Shown: positions 21,441 to 36,584 of the stretch, in pieces
How positions within the stretch are numbered: the first letter of the stretch is position 1
Layout of the letters: every line of letters begins with the position of its first letter
Position numbers and translations under genes: made by a program
The notes under the pieces: model-generated
Database searches by the model: none
What the model saw: only the letters and a program-made list of their open reading frames with translations
What the model was told of the DNA's origin: nothing
Source of the DNA: Haliotis cracherodii
Taxonomy: Eukaryota
Direction: 5' to 3'
Assembly (NCBI RefSeq): GCF_022045235.1
Contig: NW_027266275.1
Location: 25,110,001 to 25,174,000 of the forward strand
DNA length: 64,000 nt

Positions 21441-24007
21441 ATTTTCGCCATGACTGTGATTCTTGGTTTGTCAGAGCCTTTTCCCGGCGAACGTCAAAGG
21501 CTTGCAACACTTTTGGCGCCCCCCACCTGTAAACTGGCACTCCGTGATATTAGTAACATCCTGAGTATAACCCTTCTCATTCGTTCACACCTCAATATTA
21601 TGTTTTGTATTACTTATCTCCTTTCTTATACCGCCGTCATATAGCTGGAATATTGCTGAGTGCGGCGTTAAACAACCAACCAACCAACCAACCTTTCTTA
21701 TACGCAGAGGGAGCGATCGGTCTGAATCAAATAATATAATCAAAAAAGAAAACGACATGCCTGTGGTTGAGAACACAAACGACAAGCTGTCTGTTGTAAG
21801 TAATTTACTATATGTACACACATGGTGTCGGTGTCATCTGACCTGGACAATATTTTGGATCAATATATGCAGAATCCCGCTTGAGAAGAGGAGCAAGGTA
21901 TGGATTTATCTTGGACTATTTCCCCAGCTCAAAATAAATTCAAAAATGTAATTTTAAGTCGGAATTTTGTATACTTTATAATAAAACTGTGTAAGCAATT
22001 ATCGTATAGGTGTGGGATTTATTTGAAATGAATGTCGCATTTTCAAACCCGGATCCTATTCATGCTGTGATGAACCGGTAGAAACCAAAGCTCTATACAA
22101 ATAAGGGCATTGTGATTCCGAGATGACGTTGTAGGGCGTGTCGGCTAACACACTGACCCGGTGACACACTGACACACTGATACCTTGTCTGACCCGGGTC
22201 ACCATGACCTGCCGGGTATGTCGTGCCATACGTTTATCCATACACCAACAGTATGTGTATCAGAGCCATAAATAGATAGGAACTATTACGAAAGATCATG
22301 TGATGACACAGTGACACACTAACACGCTTCTGGCCTGGGTCAACGTGCCCTATTAAATTCTAATGCTAGAAATATCGGCTAGCGGTTACAGTGCATATAC
22401 GTAGGAACGTGAACATATGAAACAATATGAATATTCTCGTTTTGAAACAATCTCAATGACAAGACGTTCCGTGAAAGGACAAAAGAAAGATAACGCATGA
22501 ATTTGGAATTATATATGTTTTTAACAATTTCAAAGGTAATTTCAACGGTTATGGGCCGGGAACACCATATTTGAATAGCTGATAGTCCCTGGAACAGATG
22601 TATAAACGATCGTAGAAGGTTATCATTGTGATGAAGTCGAGGGTAGGGGGGGTGATGCTGACTGACCAAGGTTCATAATCGAGGTCAGACTTTGGGTCTA
22701 AACCGACCATAGAGGTGTCTGACGTTTCTAGGTCAGTGGGTCAGTCGTGTCCGCCCTCAAACCCTCGGTTTCATGTTTTTAGCGGTGATACTTGTGTCAG
22801 TATGGGGTGCCTTTGTTGGGTGCCTTTGTGTCCTATTAGAAGAAATCTCCCCGTTATACCACTTCGAACACGTCATCATTGAAACAGTTTCGGCTGTTAT
22901 GGTATTTGCCTTTACAATTTTGAAAAATACATTTCGTGGAATATTGAAATGTGTAAAATACATAATGCTGCATAACTTTAATAATCATGGTTAAACGTTA
23001 TATGACTTCATACCACAGCCAGTTCCATGTATAGACCGGGTTATGTATTGACTTTGTGTTGACCTCAGGGCATGATGCACAATACATGGCGACCACCATG
23101 TACTCCAATGAAACTATCGTTACAGTGGACGTACTTTTATAATAATACATACACGTCCCTGTGTGGTATTTCTAAAAATCTGAGAAAGAAACACACGATT
23201 GCCCTTTGAACTAACATGTCTTTGAGAAACCTGTTTAATGAATGTGAAAACCCTGTGTGGGGGCGGGATGTAACCTGAACGGCGTACGTAACACTGGTAC
23301 ACAACACCCACGTGGCGATAGTGCTGACTGTTCATCGCTGGTTAATCAAGTGCGCATGTTTTTCAACCTACATTAAGCTAGAGTTTGGCTTTCTACTGGC
23401 TGAGCCTTCATACCGATTGATTTCAGAGCGCAGAGAAACGGAGAAGGGCTTTACGCAGGTAATGATTTATATTTTGCGTTTAAAGACGAAAGACAAGACG
23501 AATTGTCTATTTGTTGGGATACGATGACATGCATCAACCAAGTAAGCAAACCTGACCACCCGATCCCGTTAGTCGCTTCTTACGACAAACATAGTCGCCT
23601 TTGACGGCAAGCATGGGTTGCTGAAGACCTATTCTACTCCGTATTTTAAATGAATTGTGAACATGACACGTATTGTAATGCGTACTTTTGGAGTGAGAAT
23701 TAGGTGAGTGAGCGCATGTTAATTTACGATAAAGTAAAAAATATTCCAGTTATATCACAGCCATTAATCGAGCCCGGGTGAAGCAACAGGTGGTTGCTAC
23801 ACGTCACATACATCTCCCACCCTATGGTCATCAGCATCTGACCGGAATCCATGCAGCCCGATTTTTCCTGTCGTACGTCTCAATACCGGACATTGATGTA
23901 TATTCCCAAACGTTAATACTGAGCATACTGAAAATGCAAACGTCTACAAACATGATGTTTGCAACAGGACTAGCTATCAGATGTAATTGTGTCGAATTCC
24001 ATTTGCA

Positions 24008-24950
24008 CACAGACACTGACACACAGAGAGACTGACACACACACACACTGACACACACCGACACTGACACATACAGACACTGACACACAGACACTGACAC
24101 ACATACACTGGCACACACATTCACTGACACAGAGACACTGGCACACACATACACTGACACACAGACACGGGCACACACATTCACTGACACAGAGACACTG
24201 GCACACACATACACTGACACATACAGACACTGACATATACAGACACTGACACACATAGACACTGACACATACAGACACTGGCACACACATACACTGACAC
24301 ACTGACACACACATACACTGGCACAGAGACACTGACACACACATACACTGACACACAGACACTGACACACACATACACTGACACACACAGACACTGACAC
24401 ATACAGGCACTGACACGTACAGACACTGACACATAGAGACACTGACACACATAGACACTGACCATACAGACATTGACACACATACACTGACACACACATA
24501 CATTGACACACAGACACTGACACACACATACACTGACACACACAGACACTGACACATACAGGCACTGACACGTACAGACACTGACACATAGAGACACTGA
24601 CACACATAGACACTGACCATACAGACACTGACACACACATACATTGACACACAGACACTGGCACACACATACACTGACACACACATACACTGACACACAG
24701 ACACTGGCACACACATATTCACTGACACAGAGACACTGACACATACAGACACTGACACGTACAGACGCTGACACATACAGACACTGACACACACACACAG
24801 GCACTGAAAGAGACAGACACAGACACTGACACACACAGACACTGAAACACACTGACACAGACACACACTGACACACACACTGAAAGAGACAGCTAGTGAC
24901 ACACACACTCACACACACAGACACTGTCACACAAAGACTGTGACACATAC
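24008..24950. repeat. Compound (AC)-derived satellite (acacagacactgacac..)
   Basis: Low complexity; source of the Cys/Val-rich minus-strand ORFs. Confidence 0.95.
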
Positions 24951-26554
24951 AAACACATTGAAGCACACGAAACATATCCTCCATATATATGATGCATGTT
25001 ACCTCTTTATCAAGTCAAAACAGGCCACAATAGATCACGAAGATCCATTTCTCCTAACATGGGTGGTATATTCATCCTAATAAACATATTGCCATCATAA
25101 TACCAGTATTATGGCAGAGTGATTTGTTTGTTCACATGGACAGGTATCTGTGTGATCAAATGCCAATTCTAAAGCACATATTGCGTAAAAGGCAAACCGC
25201 CCATATGGTACATACAGTACTTTTACTTCCTGGTAATAGAGAGCAATACGAGTGCATGACACTGGCACACACATACACTCTGTCATGTTTGCCTCCTGCT
25301 TGCATGAGATGCGCTCTGAGAGCCGCTCGTAATTTACATAAAGGGAACACGTGAACCTAACACTGACACTATTGCCGAACACTGACATCATTACATTTCT
25401 ATAGGGCTGTCTCAATATAGATACCCATTCAGATTTAGTCATGATCACAAAACATGACCTTTTCATGCGACAGAAATTTGGTTACTTGTTAGCATGACTG
25501 TATCTTTCGACGTGGGGATTTCTTGAGGGGTGTCAGTTAACCGTATTTACCAACATCGTTACCATTTGGATGAATAGTCCTGGTCCTCATCAATGTTTAT
25601 TTGACGTCAAACTCTTTTCAGTCATTACTGTATGTTCCATCTTCCCGAGGCAAGGGAATGATCATAAAAGTCCACTTTTCACCCTTGCCAAAGTAGGCTG
25701 CAATTATGGAGTTATATTTTGGCTGGACTAAAGAGTCCATGCATAATCCAATCAAAAACGCGTAACGAACTAGACATCCGGTTGGTAAACATCATGGATT
25801 TCAACGTGCAAATTACGGTCGGCTGCAGGATTTGCCATGCATTTGTACCGCCAACTGGGCGACGACAGATATTTTGCAAATCTATTCATGTTTTTAATCA
25901 AAGTGCTTAAGTGATTTGATGCACTTCGCGTGGTAAGACCCGTTTCATTATAATATAGATAATTATTAATCGATCAGATCGTCGTCACTGGGCGCCGCCA
26001 TTTTCTTTGAAGGTGTTGTATGTTCCTGGGTGGTGCAACTGCACGTGGACGTCTGACAATATCCGGAAGGAAGTGATGTAGCAATATTTGAGTATAGTGT
26101 TCATCTAGTGACAACTTGACAAAATCTTCTAACCCTGACACAGCCGAAGCCACATGGCGGTAGTTTGTAATCTGGCGTCGCGTTCAGGGTAAGCTGCCAA
26201 TAGGTGTAGAGATAGACATGTGACACAGAAAGTCAAGGACTGACATATTGGCACATTGACAAGCAGAAACGTTTGTACGCCTACTGACAACACAACATCA
26301 AGGAACTTTATACAACCAGCATTGTCAAAGTTCAGATCCTACACTCTATTGGTCTGTATAACCTCTTGTAAACCACATAGTTGCAACAAGAACGTTCCAC
26401 GATACAGGACAAAACTAATGACACACAGGAACAGTCTCGTCAATGCCTCGTCTTGGCTCGGTGACCTTGCTACATTTATTATATCTCGAAACGATTTCCG
26501 CCGGAAAGCTTAGTTCGTTCAAGCCTTTTATCATAATTGTACTAAATGGAAATT

Positions 26555-26870
26555 TTTCGTTATTTCAATTACTTGTTTATTTTCTTGAAATTTGGAGTTC
26601 TTTACTCATTATTTGAAATATTTTCGCATACACTGCGTGTATTTTCTCGTTACTTATTTTTGTGTTATTTCAAGTTTATTTTAAAAACTCGAAATTTCGA
26701 GAAAATAATTGAAATGACGAGAACAAAAATTGAAATTTCGAGTTTTGAAATAACGAGAAAATAATCGAAATTCTGCCAAAATATCAAAGTGACGAGAGAA
26801 AAAAATCGAAGCAACGAGAAAATAATTGAAATAACGAGAGAATAATCATTAGTAACGATAAAGAAATCGA
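26555..26870. repeat. AT-rich imperfect inverted repeat region with reiterated aacgagaaaataat motifs (possible MITE)
   Basis: Left side ttttc(t)cgtta motifs mirror right side taacgagaaaa motifs; termini not defined. Confidence 0.5.
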
Positions 26871-27789
26871 CATTTCGCATGCATGTACTTGTGCTGTCTC
26901 GAGATTTTCCAACAATTATGAGACCTAATGCATGTTACAAACATAATGTTATTTTGTATAGTATTTAAGTTGTATTGAGTTATTGGCATGATACAAAATG
27001 CATAGCTTGCTTGCGTATATAGTCTGTACTGAGGCAAAGTACAGATATATTTTTATGTTTTATAATATTGAAGTAATATGGAGTTATTGATATGAAGCAA
27101 AGTGCATGGCTTGCTTGTGTATATAGTCCGACTAATGTAAAAGTGTACGTGCAATATTCACGACAATAAGATGCATACATTTCGCAATGTTACGGTCACT
27201 GCTGGGATTGGACCATCACTGCGCGGGTGGGACGGTAACTGCGGCGGAAAGACGGTGCACTACGTGCGCCCTGGTGTACGGATGACATTGCAATACATAT
27301 GGAGTTCAATCATTATTTCTTCTAAACATGGACTCATCATAAGAACTGCCTGACAACACATATGTTGTACAGGACCTTGTTTGGCGCATGTCGTTACGTC
27401 ATCACCATGTGACATTTCACTCTACGTACATCCGGGGCCTGTGAGAGGTGACAAATCGTTGGTTTGAATACTCTTGATTTCGGATCGCAACCAGGATTTT
27501 TTTGCAACCAGGAAGAATAGCACTTGGTTATTATTCTTACTCAGAAAAATGAATTCAAAGGTAAAAGTTTTACATTGGAAGTGGAATGTAGACGCACACG
27601 TTACTTGGTATACCTATATTTCACGTGGGGGGATTTTTTGTAAAGAACTTTCTTTCTTCATCCGTAACAGAAACAATGTCTCGAGTTCGGTTTCCTTCCG
27701 TCCACAAGATCATACTGCTTGTAACAGATCGACTAAAGGGGCTGATTGTTGCGGTTATATAAGCGCGTACGTGTTGTATCCCTCAATGC

Positions 27790-28115
27790 CGAGGTGAGGA
27801 GAAATGGGGTTGACGTGACGTACATGCACGTTTGTCTGTGTGTGTGGCCGCTTGTACAAGTCCGGACTAATGTCAGTTTTAAAGTCCTCGCCTACTGAGA
27901 TACCATGCCGCAGTTTAACATGAATACCCCACTCAGACACAGTATACTGACTCCGAGCCGACCAGTCCTTGTTTTAGCCCCTTAATGCCGAGCGTCAGGC
28001 AGGGTAACAACAAGTACCATGTTATAACGTCTTTTGTATGACCCAGTCGGGGATAGAACCCCGACCTTCCCCGCTCTCCGGACGGACGCTCTACCACTAG
28101 ACCACGGAGGCGGTC
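27790..28115 (-). mobile_element. SINE family D, followed by a degenerate second head to ~28230
   Basis: Reverse complement of 31674-32028. Confidence 0.82.
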
Positions 28116-29969
28116 TCGCTTAATGCCGACCACAAGGCAGGGAAAACACAAGTACCATATTTGAAGTCTTGACGCGGTGAGGTATCGAACCACAAACCTT
28201 CCTCTCTCGGACGCTCTATTCACTAGACGGATCTGGTCCCCGACTAATGAGGATCGGTTTGATGGCAATATGTGAATTGTGTGTGATCAACATCCTGTGG
28301 TATGCTGACAGCCAATGACTGTAGTATGGCCACCAATTGTTTACAAAGTCCAGAAATAAAGGCTTGCAAATCACACAGCTACATTACATTGCCATAGAAC
28401 TATCTTGAGAACGTGCTTACGACCAACTGGTTTTAGCTCACCTGGACAGCCAAAGTAGTATATATTTGGTGCCTTCATTGAAGGCGGGATGCACATAGTG
28501 ATACATTAATGTCTACAGTTGGAGCTGTGGGTTAGCTTTGAGAAACAAGCGTTGACTCTTCACATCAAGGAGCCAGGTCATAATATGTAAGCTCTGTTGA
28601 TCCGTTTCTTGGTGGAACTAACATCGGCATTACGGCAAACTACTCACTGACTATGGAAAACGACGTCAGACTCATAATGCACGACACGGGCACAAAAACA
28701 AAATTAATACTGGTTTTATTCTAACAGATCTCGATTTTTGTAAGAAAATATTAATCTTGTATGTCTACCGTTAAGGAAGGGCATGCTTACCCTTATCGCG
28801 AACACCTGGTGTCATCACCAATTTTCAGTTATCCATTCATATACTTTTCACCTCTATTTTGCATTTTACCCCCAAAGGAATCTGTTTCGACGATAATCGA
28901 GACCGGCTTTTCTCTGATGTTGACGTTTTATTTCTAATCTATGCAGATTAAAGTACTGCGTTAAACTGGATGAAAATGAAGTTAAAGATTTTAAATCTTG
29001 GAACGCTAAAATTTTAAATGTAGTTTCTGCTGGCACATATTATTTGTATTTTCACAAGTTGGGGCGAAATGTTTGGTTATTCACCTTCTCAATCAGAGAA
29101 GTACGACAGTATTGGAGATGTGACTTTCTGTTTTTCACCCCATTATGCATTTGAACGACATGTCTTTGTGTCTATAAGAACATTAAGTAAAATATCAGTT
29201 TTCTGATTTTTTTACTTCACCCCATTCTAAAACTTAGTAACATAGGGTAGACCAGTCAGGGCATTCAGACATGACCTATGTTGTTTTAAGGTGTGTGATA
29301 AATATGACGTGTAACTAATGGGAGGATAACCCCCCACCCCCCCCCCACCCCAACCCCCACCCCCCCCATCCCCCCGCCCCCCACCCCCAACACACACACC
29401 CACCCCCACACTCCCCGGCCTGTCTTGATAAATGGATTGTTGTGCACAGTCAAAGACTGATCAACATGGAAAGTCCTCTAGTCCCTACCACCATCAATAT
29501 TATTTGTTTCAGTTATCAATAAATTAATATGAATACATATATTTTGTTTTTGAATTTAGTCCAGCTCTGCTGAAAGAGTCCTTTGGTGTACCCGGAACGC
29601 ACAAAGTACATGATACACACAGACAGATACATGTATCAAGTCCTAGATAGTTCGGGTTTTCCACAACGGATGTGCGTCAGAGGATCGGCCAATCCTTCAT
29701 TTTTCTATATCAGTATATCACCTCAATGCTATTACTCTAACTGACACTCTTAGTTTGCTTGTAGTTACATACATAGTGCTGCATTTACGGGGGTCATGTT
29801 TAGTATATGTAATCGGGATCCCATACAGTACACTGTAACGGTAACTACCTCACTCTGTCCCTTTCAGCTGTATAGCTGGGCAAAGGCGAGTCTTATCGGG
29901 CACTTCTCCCAGGAAAGCTGAACTCGCTCACAGGCCGACACAGTTACAACTGGGAACAAAGCTATCGAG

Positions 29970-32900
29970 ATGGGAGACACGGGCTGTGAACAATATATGT
30001 ACTATGATAAACCTACCAGGAGCTGTACCCATTGTTCGGTTCTCTGTGACAATATGGATATTCAGGCAACTCGAGACCAGTGCATGAAGTACTGCTTTGG
30101 TAAGTATATGAATATTTGAGTGAATTTAGATACAATTGAATTAATACAGAAATATATGCAACAACTCGGAGAAACTACAGCACGCACTTTTCTGCTTGTA
30201 TGGCAAATAATGTTCACAGTCGTCCTTACATTTAAGTGCTTGGTTAATGCTTGATTTATTTCAGGGTATTTATGTGTAAGTATTATGTTAAATAATGTAA
30301 AACGGAATGTAATCAAATTCAAAGGAAAACACGGGATGCACTGTTTGGTATATACATCGTAGATGCCGTTTAAAGTGATGCTTGTATCGCATTTTAACAT
30401 GTTTTAAATAGGATCATTTGTGATATTTACAATATTTATTTGACTTTTCAAACATATGTATCTAGCAACATGAATAAGTATAAGTAACTTGTACATTGAT
30501 CTAGTAACATCCTCAACAGGATATTTTCTCACACTCTTTATATATATATTTTCATTTCGCCTCCATATCTGTTGACAAATTGGTCTGTTACCAGGCTAAG
30601 GGGCGGTCGGGTAGCCTAGTGGTTAAAGCGTTCGCTCGTCACGCCGAAGACCCGGGTTCGATTCCCGACATGGGTACAATGTGTGAAGCCCATTTCTGGT
30701 GCTCCCGCCATGATATTGGTGGAATACTACCAAACGCGGCGTAAAACCGTATTCACTCACACCAGGCCTTTATCATGATCTTGTTCTTTCAATACCATAA
30801 TCTACGTGGAAATCATTTCCATTACTCTATCACTTGCTAAATAACTTTCAGTTCGAATCTCATGCCAACTATATCATTAACTAGTATATTTTCTGGCCAT
30901 TAGTTTATTTGAGGTTTCTGGAAGCGACACGGGGATTTGGTCGGTCAGGTTCGGTGTCAATTTGAGTGTCATCGAACCTCAAGGGAGCGTGGATCGTAGC
31001 AAACAGTTTGAATCTCTAGTTTGCCTGAGGCCATTATTTACAGGCAACCGTCATAAATAGCTCGAGGTAAACAACAAACAGGAAATGTTTTTATTCCCGC
31101 TGCGTTATCCTGTGTGACTTTGTGTCAAAAACGCCAGTCGAGCAGAATTTCAAGTTTACGAATCACGTGACTTTGAGAAAGGTTATCGGGGTGGATACCC
31201 CGTCATTATATTTATATAGATCTCACTAAATATAGAAAGTCATTCAAGGCGAGTCACGAAATGGGGACTTCGTGATTGTACCTGCATCGGCTTGTGAAGA
31301 AATACATTGACTATGTGGTTCTTGCTTTTGAGGTTTATCAGTGCTAGGGTGATCCAGTGGACAGCGCGTTACACATGTGGTCTGAGTTCGAGTCCAGTTT
31401 GTACTTATTCGCGGTTCGAATCCCTGTTCGCCCCAATAATGTTTCTAGGTCAGCACCATGCCCGTGTTCCTGGGTTTCACCGAATTGGTAAACGTCTGAG
31501 ACCTGCATCACTTCGCTTTTCCTCCCACATCAAGCTGACACGCCGTGATACAACTGGAATACTATTCAAAGCGGCGTTAAACCAAACTCACTCACTCATT
31601 TAGCCCCTTTGTTCCGTGTCTATATGTATGTACTCTACTCACTTATAGGGATAGTGACATATTTATAATATTTCCGACAGCCTCAGTGGTCCAGTGGTAG
31701 AGCGTCCGCCCGGAGAGCGGAAGGTCGTGGGTTCGATCCCCGGCCGCGCCATACCAAAAGATGGTACCTGTTGTTACCCTGTCTGGCGCTCGGCATTAAG
31801 GGGCTAAACAAGGACTGGTCGGCTCGGAGTCAGTATACTGTGTCTGAGTCGGGTATTCATGTTTAACTGCAGTATGGTATCTCAGTGGGCTAGCACTATA
31901 AATCGGCATCAGTCCGAACAAGTACAAGAAGAGCCCCCCCCCACACACACACACACACACGTGCATGCACGTCGCTATATAAGTGCAATAATCTTGGACG
32001 CGACGTTAAACCCCATTTCACCTCACCTATACTATTTCCATTTTCTTATGATAAGGGGCAGTCGGGTAGCCTAGTGGTTAAAGCGTTCGCTCGTCACGCC
32101 GAAGACCCGGGTTCGATTCCCGACATGGGTACAATGTGTGAAGCCCATTTCTGGTGTCCCCCGCCGTGATATTGCTGGAATATTGCTAAAAAGCGGGGTA
32201 AAACCATACTCACTCATTCCCATTTTTATGATAACCGCATGGTGAAGCATGGAAAAATAGGAAACAGAGCGTCCCGTCCCTCACCTTTGTATAGTGTATG
32301 CCCCACGTATTATGTCAGCTGATCGCCATAGCCCGGAATTGCATCCAGGTTGTGCAATACATATGCGCACCGTACGTAACCCGTGGGCGTCACTGGGATG
32401 GGTTCAAGTCAACAGACACAATACAAAAGCCAGTCGTGACTAACTCACTGACGCTCGTGTATTAATAACCTTATACGCCAACCACAGCCGCCGCAGTAAA
32501 GTCTGATTGTTAACCGCAACTAAGGGCGATATAGCTATGCGGTCCTGGTCGACACTATGCTAATGCAAATCTACACGCAGCTTCCTTGTCATGACTTCCT
32601 TTTCACGACGACACGTAATAAACGTATGCAGCGTCTTATAAAGAGGACTCTTTTGTTCAAATTATACAGAAATTGAATGTGTATTATATGCTTTAGTTGT
32701 TTGTTTGTTGTTTAACGCCACACACCGATATTCCGGCTGTATGCCCGCGGTCTGAAAAGAATCGAGTCTAGACCAGACAATCTAGTGATTGACGACATGC
32801 AGTTTGGACATGCATCAACTAAGTCAGCGAGCTTGACAACCCGACCCCGTTAGTAGTCTCTTACAAGCATATTCGCCTCTTACGACAAAAGAGTATCTTT

Positions 32901-35900
32901 CCTGTGTTAGTTGTTGTTTGTTTGTGTTTTGTTTGTTGTTTAACGCTCTCAGCAACTCAGCAATTTTCCAGCTATATGACGGCGGTCTGTAAATAACCGA
33001 GTGCATACTGATTGCTGTGTCTTGTTTATTAATTATATTAACTACATGTACCATATATATTAGAACACCTTTGTCCCCATTTCACATACAGTGAACTCGC
33101 GTCATTCCATACTCCGTAAATCCGGAAATCCCATTAATGCTGAGATCGCTGCCGTTCGTGTGGCATGTCTTGCTGGATAAGACTTTACCCACCAAACAAA
33201 CATGTGTAAGTGCAAATTGTGTGAGTGGCGGGTGCTACCGATGGAACATTCCTCCCCCTTTCCGAACACCTGGTGTCGTCTCTTTTTTGATTGATCCATT
33301 CATTTAATGTTCTTCACCAGTTTGCCTTTAGCACCAAATGGAATCCGTTTGGGCTGATAAGCGAGATTTGTTATTCTCTGGCGTTGTCGTTNNNNNNNNN
33401 NNNNNNNNNNNNNNNNNNNNNNNNNNNNNNNNNNNNNNNNNNNNNNNNNNNNNNNNNNNNNNNNNNNNNNNNNNNNNNNNNNNNNNNNNNNNNNNNNNNN
33501 NNNNNNNNNNNNNNNNNNNNNNNNNNNNNNNNNNNNNNNNNNNNNNNNNNNNNNNNNNNNNNNNNNNNNNNNNNNNNNNNNNNNNNNNNNNNNNNNNNNN
33601 NNNNNNNNNNNNNNNNNNNNNNNNNNNNNNNNNNNNNNNNNNNNNNNNNNNNNNNNNNNNNNNNNNNNNNNNNNNNNNNNNNNNNNNNNNNNNNNNNNNN
33701 NNNNNNNNTGGGTGTCTGTCTGTCTTTCTCTCTGAATGTCTCTCTGAATGTATGCTAAGAGAGCCTTTGTGATGAGAAAGGCGTTTGATATACTTATTAC
33801 ATATAAGTATAATGGCACTTTTGAAAATATTACTGCACAGTTTCAAATACTATTCATAAATAGTTCCATAAATTATGCATCGCCAGTATCAATAGTGTCA
33901 CACTTTTATGTTTAACACTGACTGTATTCGGCATCTTTGTTTTACATCTAAACAGACTACATGCAGACTACCTCAACCACGACAGTTGAGACATCGACAC
34001 ATCCAGTGATGAAAGCCCAAGTGCCAGTGATAGCCATATGTGTGTTGCTGTTTCTGATCACCTTCCTGATCTTGGGGAGCCTCATCTTCTACCACAGGAA
34101 AATGTTGGTAGACAGGCTGAAGAGACAGGACTGCTGCAGAGACGGATCCCAGCATCATGCGCAGGAATCTGGGCGAGAGATGGACCACTTCCGGTATGCA
34201 CAGGAAACCAGACAGGACTCCGCCAAACCCGAAGCTCACAGTACGTATATGACCTGAACGTGTTTATAGTCGTATCTCACGTTGATGAGAGTCTGTTAAT
34301 ATAGCATCTGAACCCATATACTGTGTATACTATACTGAGGACACCAGGTGTCGGCGATATCACCCGTTGTTCAGGAACGTCGACGTGACGTTGTATGTCT
34401 TGCAATTTGAAAACAAACGTTTCATGAATAACGTGATATTTATTTTTACATACTTTACATTTTTATTCATGTTGTGTCAGTGTGAAAGCTAAAATATAGT
34501 TATCTATTTAAAACTAAACGCTCCGGGGTAGATCCTAACCACCACATCGGGCGAGATTCAAATTAGCATGAACGACTCCCTGTTTGTATAATACAAGGTT
34601 GCACGTTTTTAGAATAATGGTATAGTTTGTGCTTTATAGACGAACAGTTGGTTTCATCACTTTTTAGTTTATTACCCATGCATATAATTTTCATCACTAT
34701 TTTGTCTTTACGCCTGATACAACCTGTTTCGGCACATAATCGAAACGCCGACGTTGACGTTTTGAATTATCAATCGACTTGGGTTGTAGTCTTTATTTCT
34801 TGCAATCTATGCTCCCTCTGCCCTTGTACAAGCATAACAAACCAAAATTCGTTAAACGCTTTGAACTGATCATGTCAATCCAAATTGTAGGTCTACTTCC
34901 AAGCGGACACCAAGCTTTCCCAGAGATGCCACAACCAAGGTGAGGTCGAACGATTTGCGGTGTTGCCCAAACAACGACAGTGATTCTCTGCTCATTTTGC
35001 CATGGGACCATGGCCCATCAACGACTGCTTTATCCTACATCATCACAGCTAACACCTCATGACAGCTCAACATTGCCCTGACAATACTGCAGGTATACTG
35101 TAACTGGTTCTGAAACATTTTTTCCACCTCGAGTGATAGGACAAGTGGCTTTTATAACCTGATTGTGAGTTCTCATGAACATGAGTGTTGTTGGTAGACT
35201 TGTAATCTGTCACGCTAAAACGTGGTGGATCAACACGAAGAAGCAGCATCACAGCTTTAAGACACAGTGGGAGCTATTAAATATGATCTATTGAGTTGAT
35301 GCTGGTCACCGATTCAGACTTCAATGTGAGGGACATTGCCAGGACTGATGTCTCCACGTGATGCTCTCTGTACGTCAGTCTTGTACAAGGGTATACGTTT
35401 TACGTTTTGTATCGCTTCTTGCAGCTGCTGCAAAAAAATCAATGACAGCGCATAGAGAGGACACTGAAGAAGTGTTTTTAACATTTTGTGCTTAAGAACG
35501 ATATTTTGTAGAAGCAAGTTCAAGTGGTTATTATGTGTGTGCTGCTTTTAACGACTTTGTGTCACAAAAGTGTCAGTGAACACATTAACTTCGAAAACAA
35601 GGCCACCCACATAGTTTCCACACCTGGATAGTTTACTCATGCTGGTAGATGTGTGGCTACACAGGGTGCGCGTCGCGTTCAGCTCGTGTTTCGATATGTC
35701 TTTCTCCATAACTGCCATTTTAAACTTACGAAGTTGACTGACGAAGGTTAACTTTCTTGAGGTGTTCTATCGTAACTGACGGTGACGTGACTGTGTGTTT
35801 TTAACTTGTCGTCACCCAGGCCACGAGGGTTCGCCACAGACGTCAGTGTCGACGACCGAATCCACCATATCCCTACATCTAACTGACAGGCAAGGATATG

Positions 35901-36031
35901 AGCTAGCTTCAGTTACAAGCTTAATCAAAACCACAACTACGTTTGATAGAATGTTATCATTTGATGTTATCTATTTTTATATGTTTCATTGCATATTTTG
36001 TATGATTCATCAACATTCATGTACAAAATAA
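29970..36031 (+). CDS. G3: TNFR-like receptor without signal peptide, 1 CRD + TM; exons 29970-30099, 33956-34240 and a tentative last exon 35820-36031 (alternative: read-through to stop at 34257)
   Basis: MGDTGCEQYMYYDKPTRSCTHCSVLCDNMDIQATRDQCMKYCF|gtaagt, with an in-frame TGA at 29919 upstream of the ATG. aacag|DYMQTTSTTT..VPVIAICVLLFLITFLILGSLIFY. Intron 1 spans the N gap. The first two exons are well supported; the third is uncertain. Confidence 0.72.
30600..30761 (+). mobile_element. SINE family B
   Basis: A/B boxes and family B body and tail. Confidence 0.87.
31345..31600 (+). mobile_element. SINE family C, diverged
   Basis: GGTTCGAATCC B box and family C body and tail. Confidence 0.75.
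31674..32028 (+). mobile_element. SINE family D, full length
   Basis: A/B boxes, Meta-like body, TCACCTCACC tail. Confidence 0.85.
32055..32218 (+). mobile_element. SINE family B
   Basis: A/B boxes; flanks share ttatgataa (TSD-like). Confidence 0.87.
32695..33002 (-). mobile_element. Two degenerate family A copies
   Basis: Reverse-complement tails tgtttgttgtttaacg and body fragments. Confidence 0.7.
33392..33708. other. Assembly gap (317 N) in G3 intron 1
   Basis: Run of N. Confidence 1.
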
Positions 36032-36584
36032 AAGGACTAATGTCTCTAGTTTTTCTCTTTTGAATTCCTTAGAATTGCTCCTCTCATGACACACCAAGCC
36101 ACTGACAAATAATACCCCATGTCATATTTTTACTTAAACGCGAACACGTACATAATTTCGCCTGTGTACATTTCATCAAAATTAACGGCACATTATACAG
36201 AAAGATATATCTAAGTCAGATTCCCGTGGGGATTTTGGGTCATTATAGGTCAACAGTACCCTTTTCAACAAACGAGGTTGGTTGGTAAGGATGTTTGACT
36301 TTGCTGATTGTGTCTGGTTGTACTCCGACAAAGTTCCTTGTCTAGATTCAAGTAGGTGCAGACCCCGGTGATCGAGCCAAACACGGTAGTACATCGTACG
36401 TGCCATACTTACAATGTGGAAAACATCCAGGAAGCGTTTTGACATAAACAACATGCACACCAATGATATATGATCCTCGTATTGCGTCAGTGTTAACTTC
36501 CTCTTTATACAACACTTACCTTCATTTACAGTTTATCACGTCATATGTCAACTGTTATCTTGGTTATTGATGTATCGTGTCATA

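Noticed and set aside
22773-22994. Hydrophobic ORF as a further cluster member
   Set aside because: No CRD cysteine pattern, no convincing splice partners and no similarity to G1-G7.
23831-24984. Long Cys/Val-rich ORFs (267-312 aa)
   Set aside because: Open in all three frames because of an (AC)-derived satellite; not protein-like.
33291-33846. ORFs spanning X runs
   Set aside because: Artefacts of the N gap.
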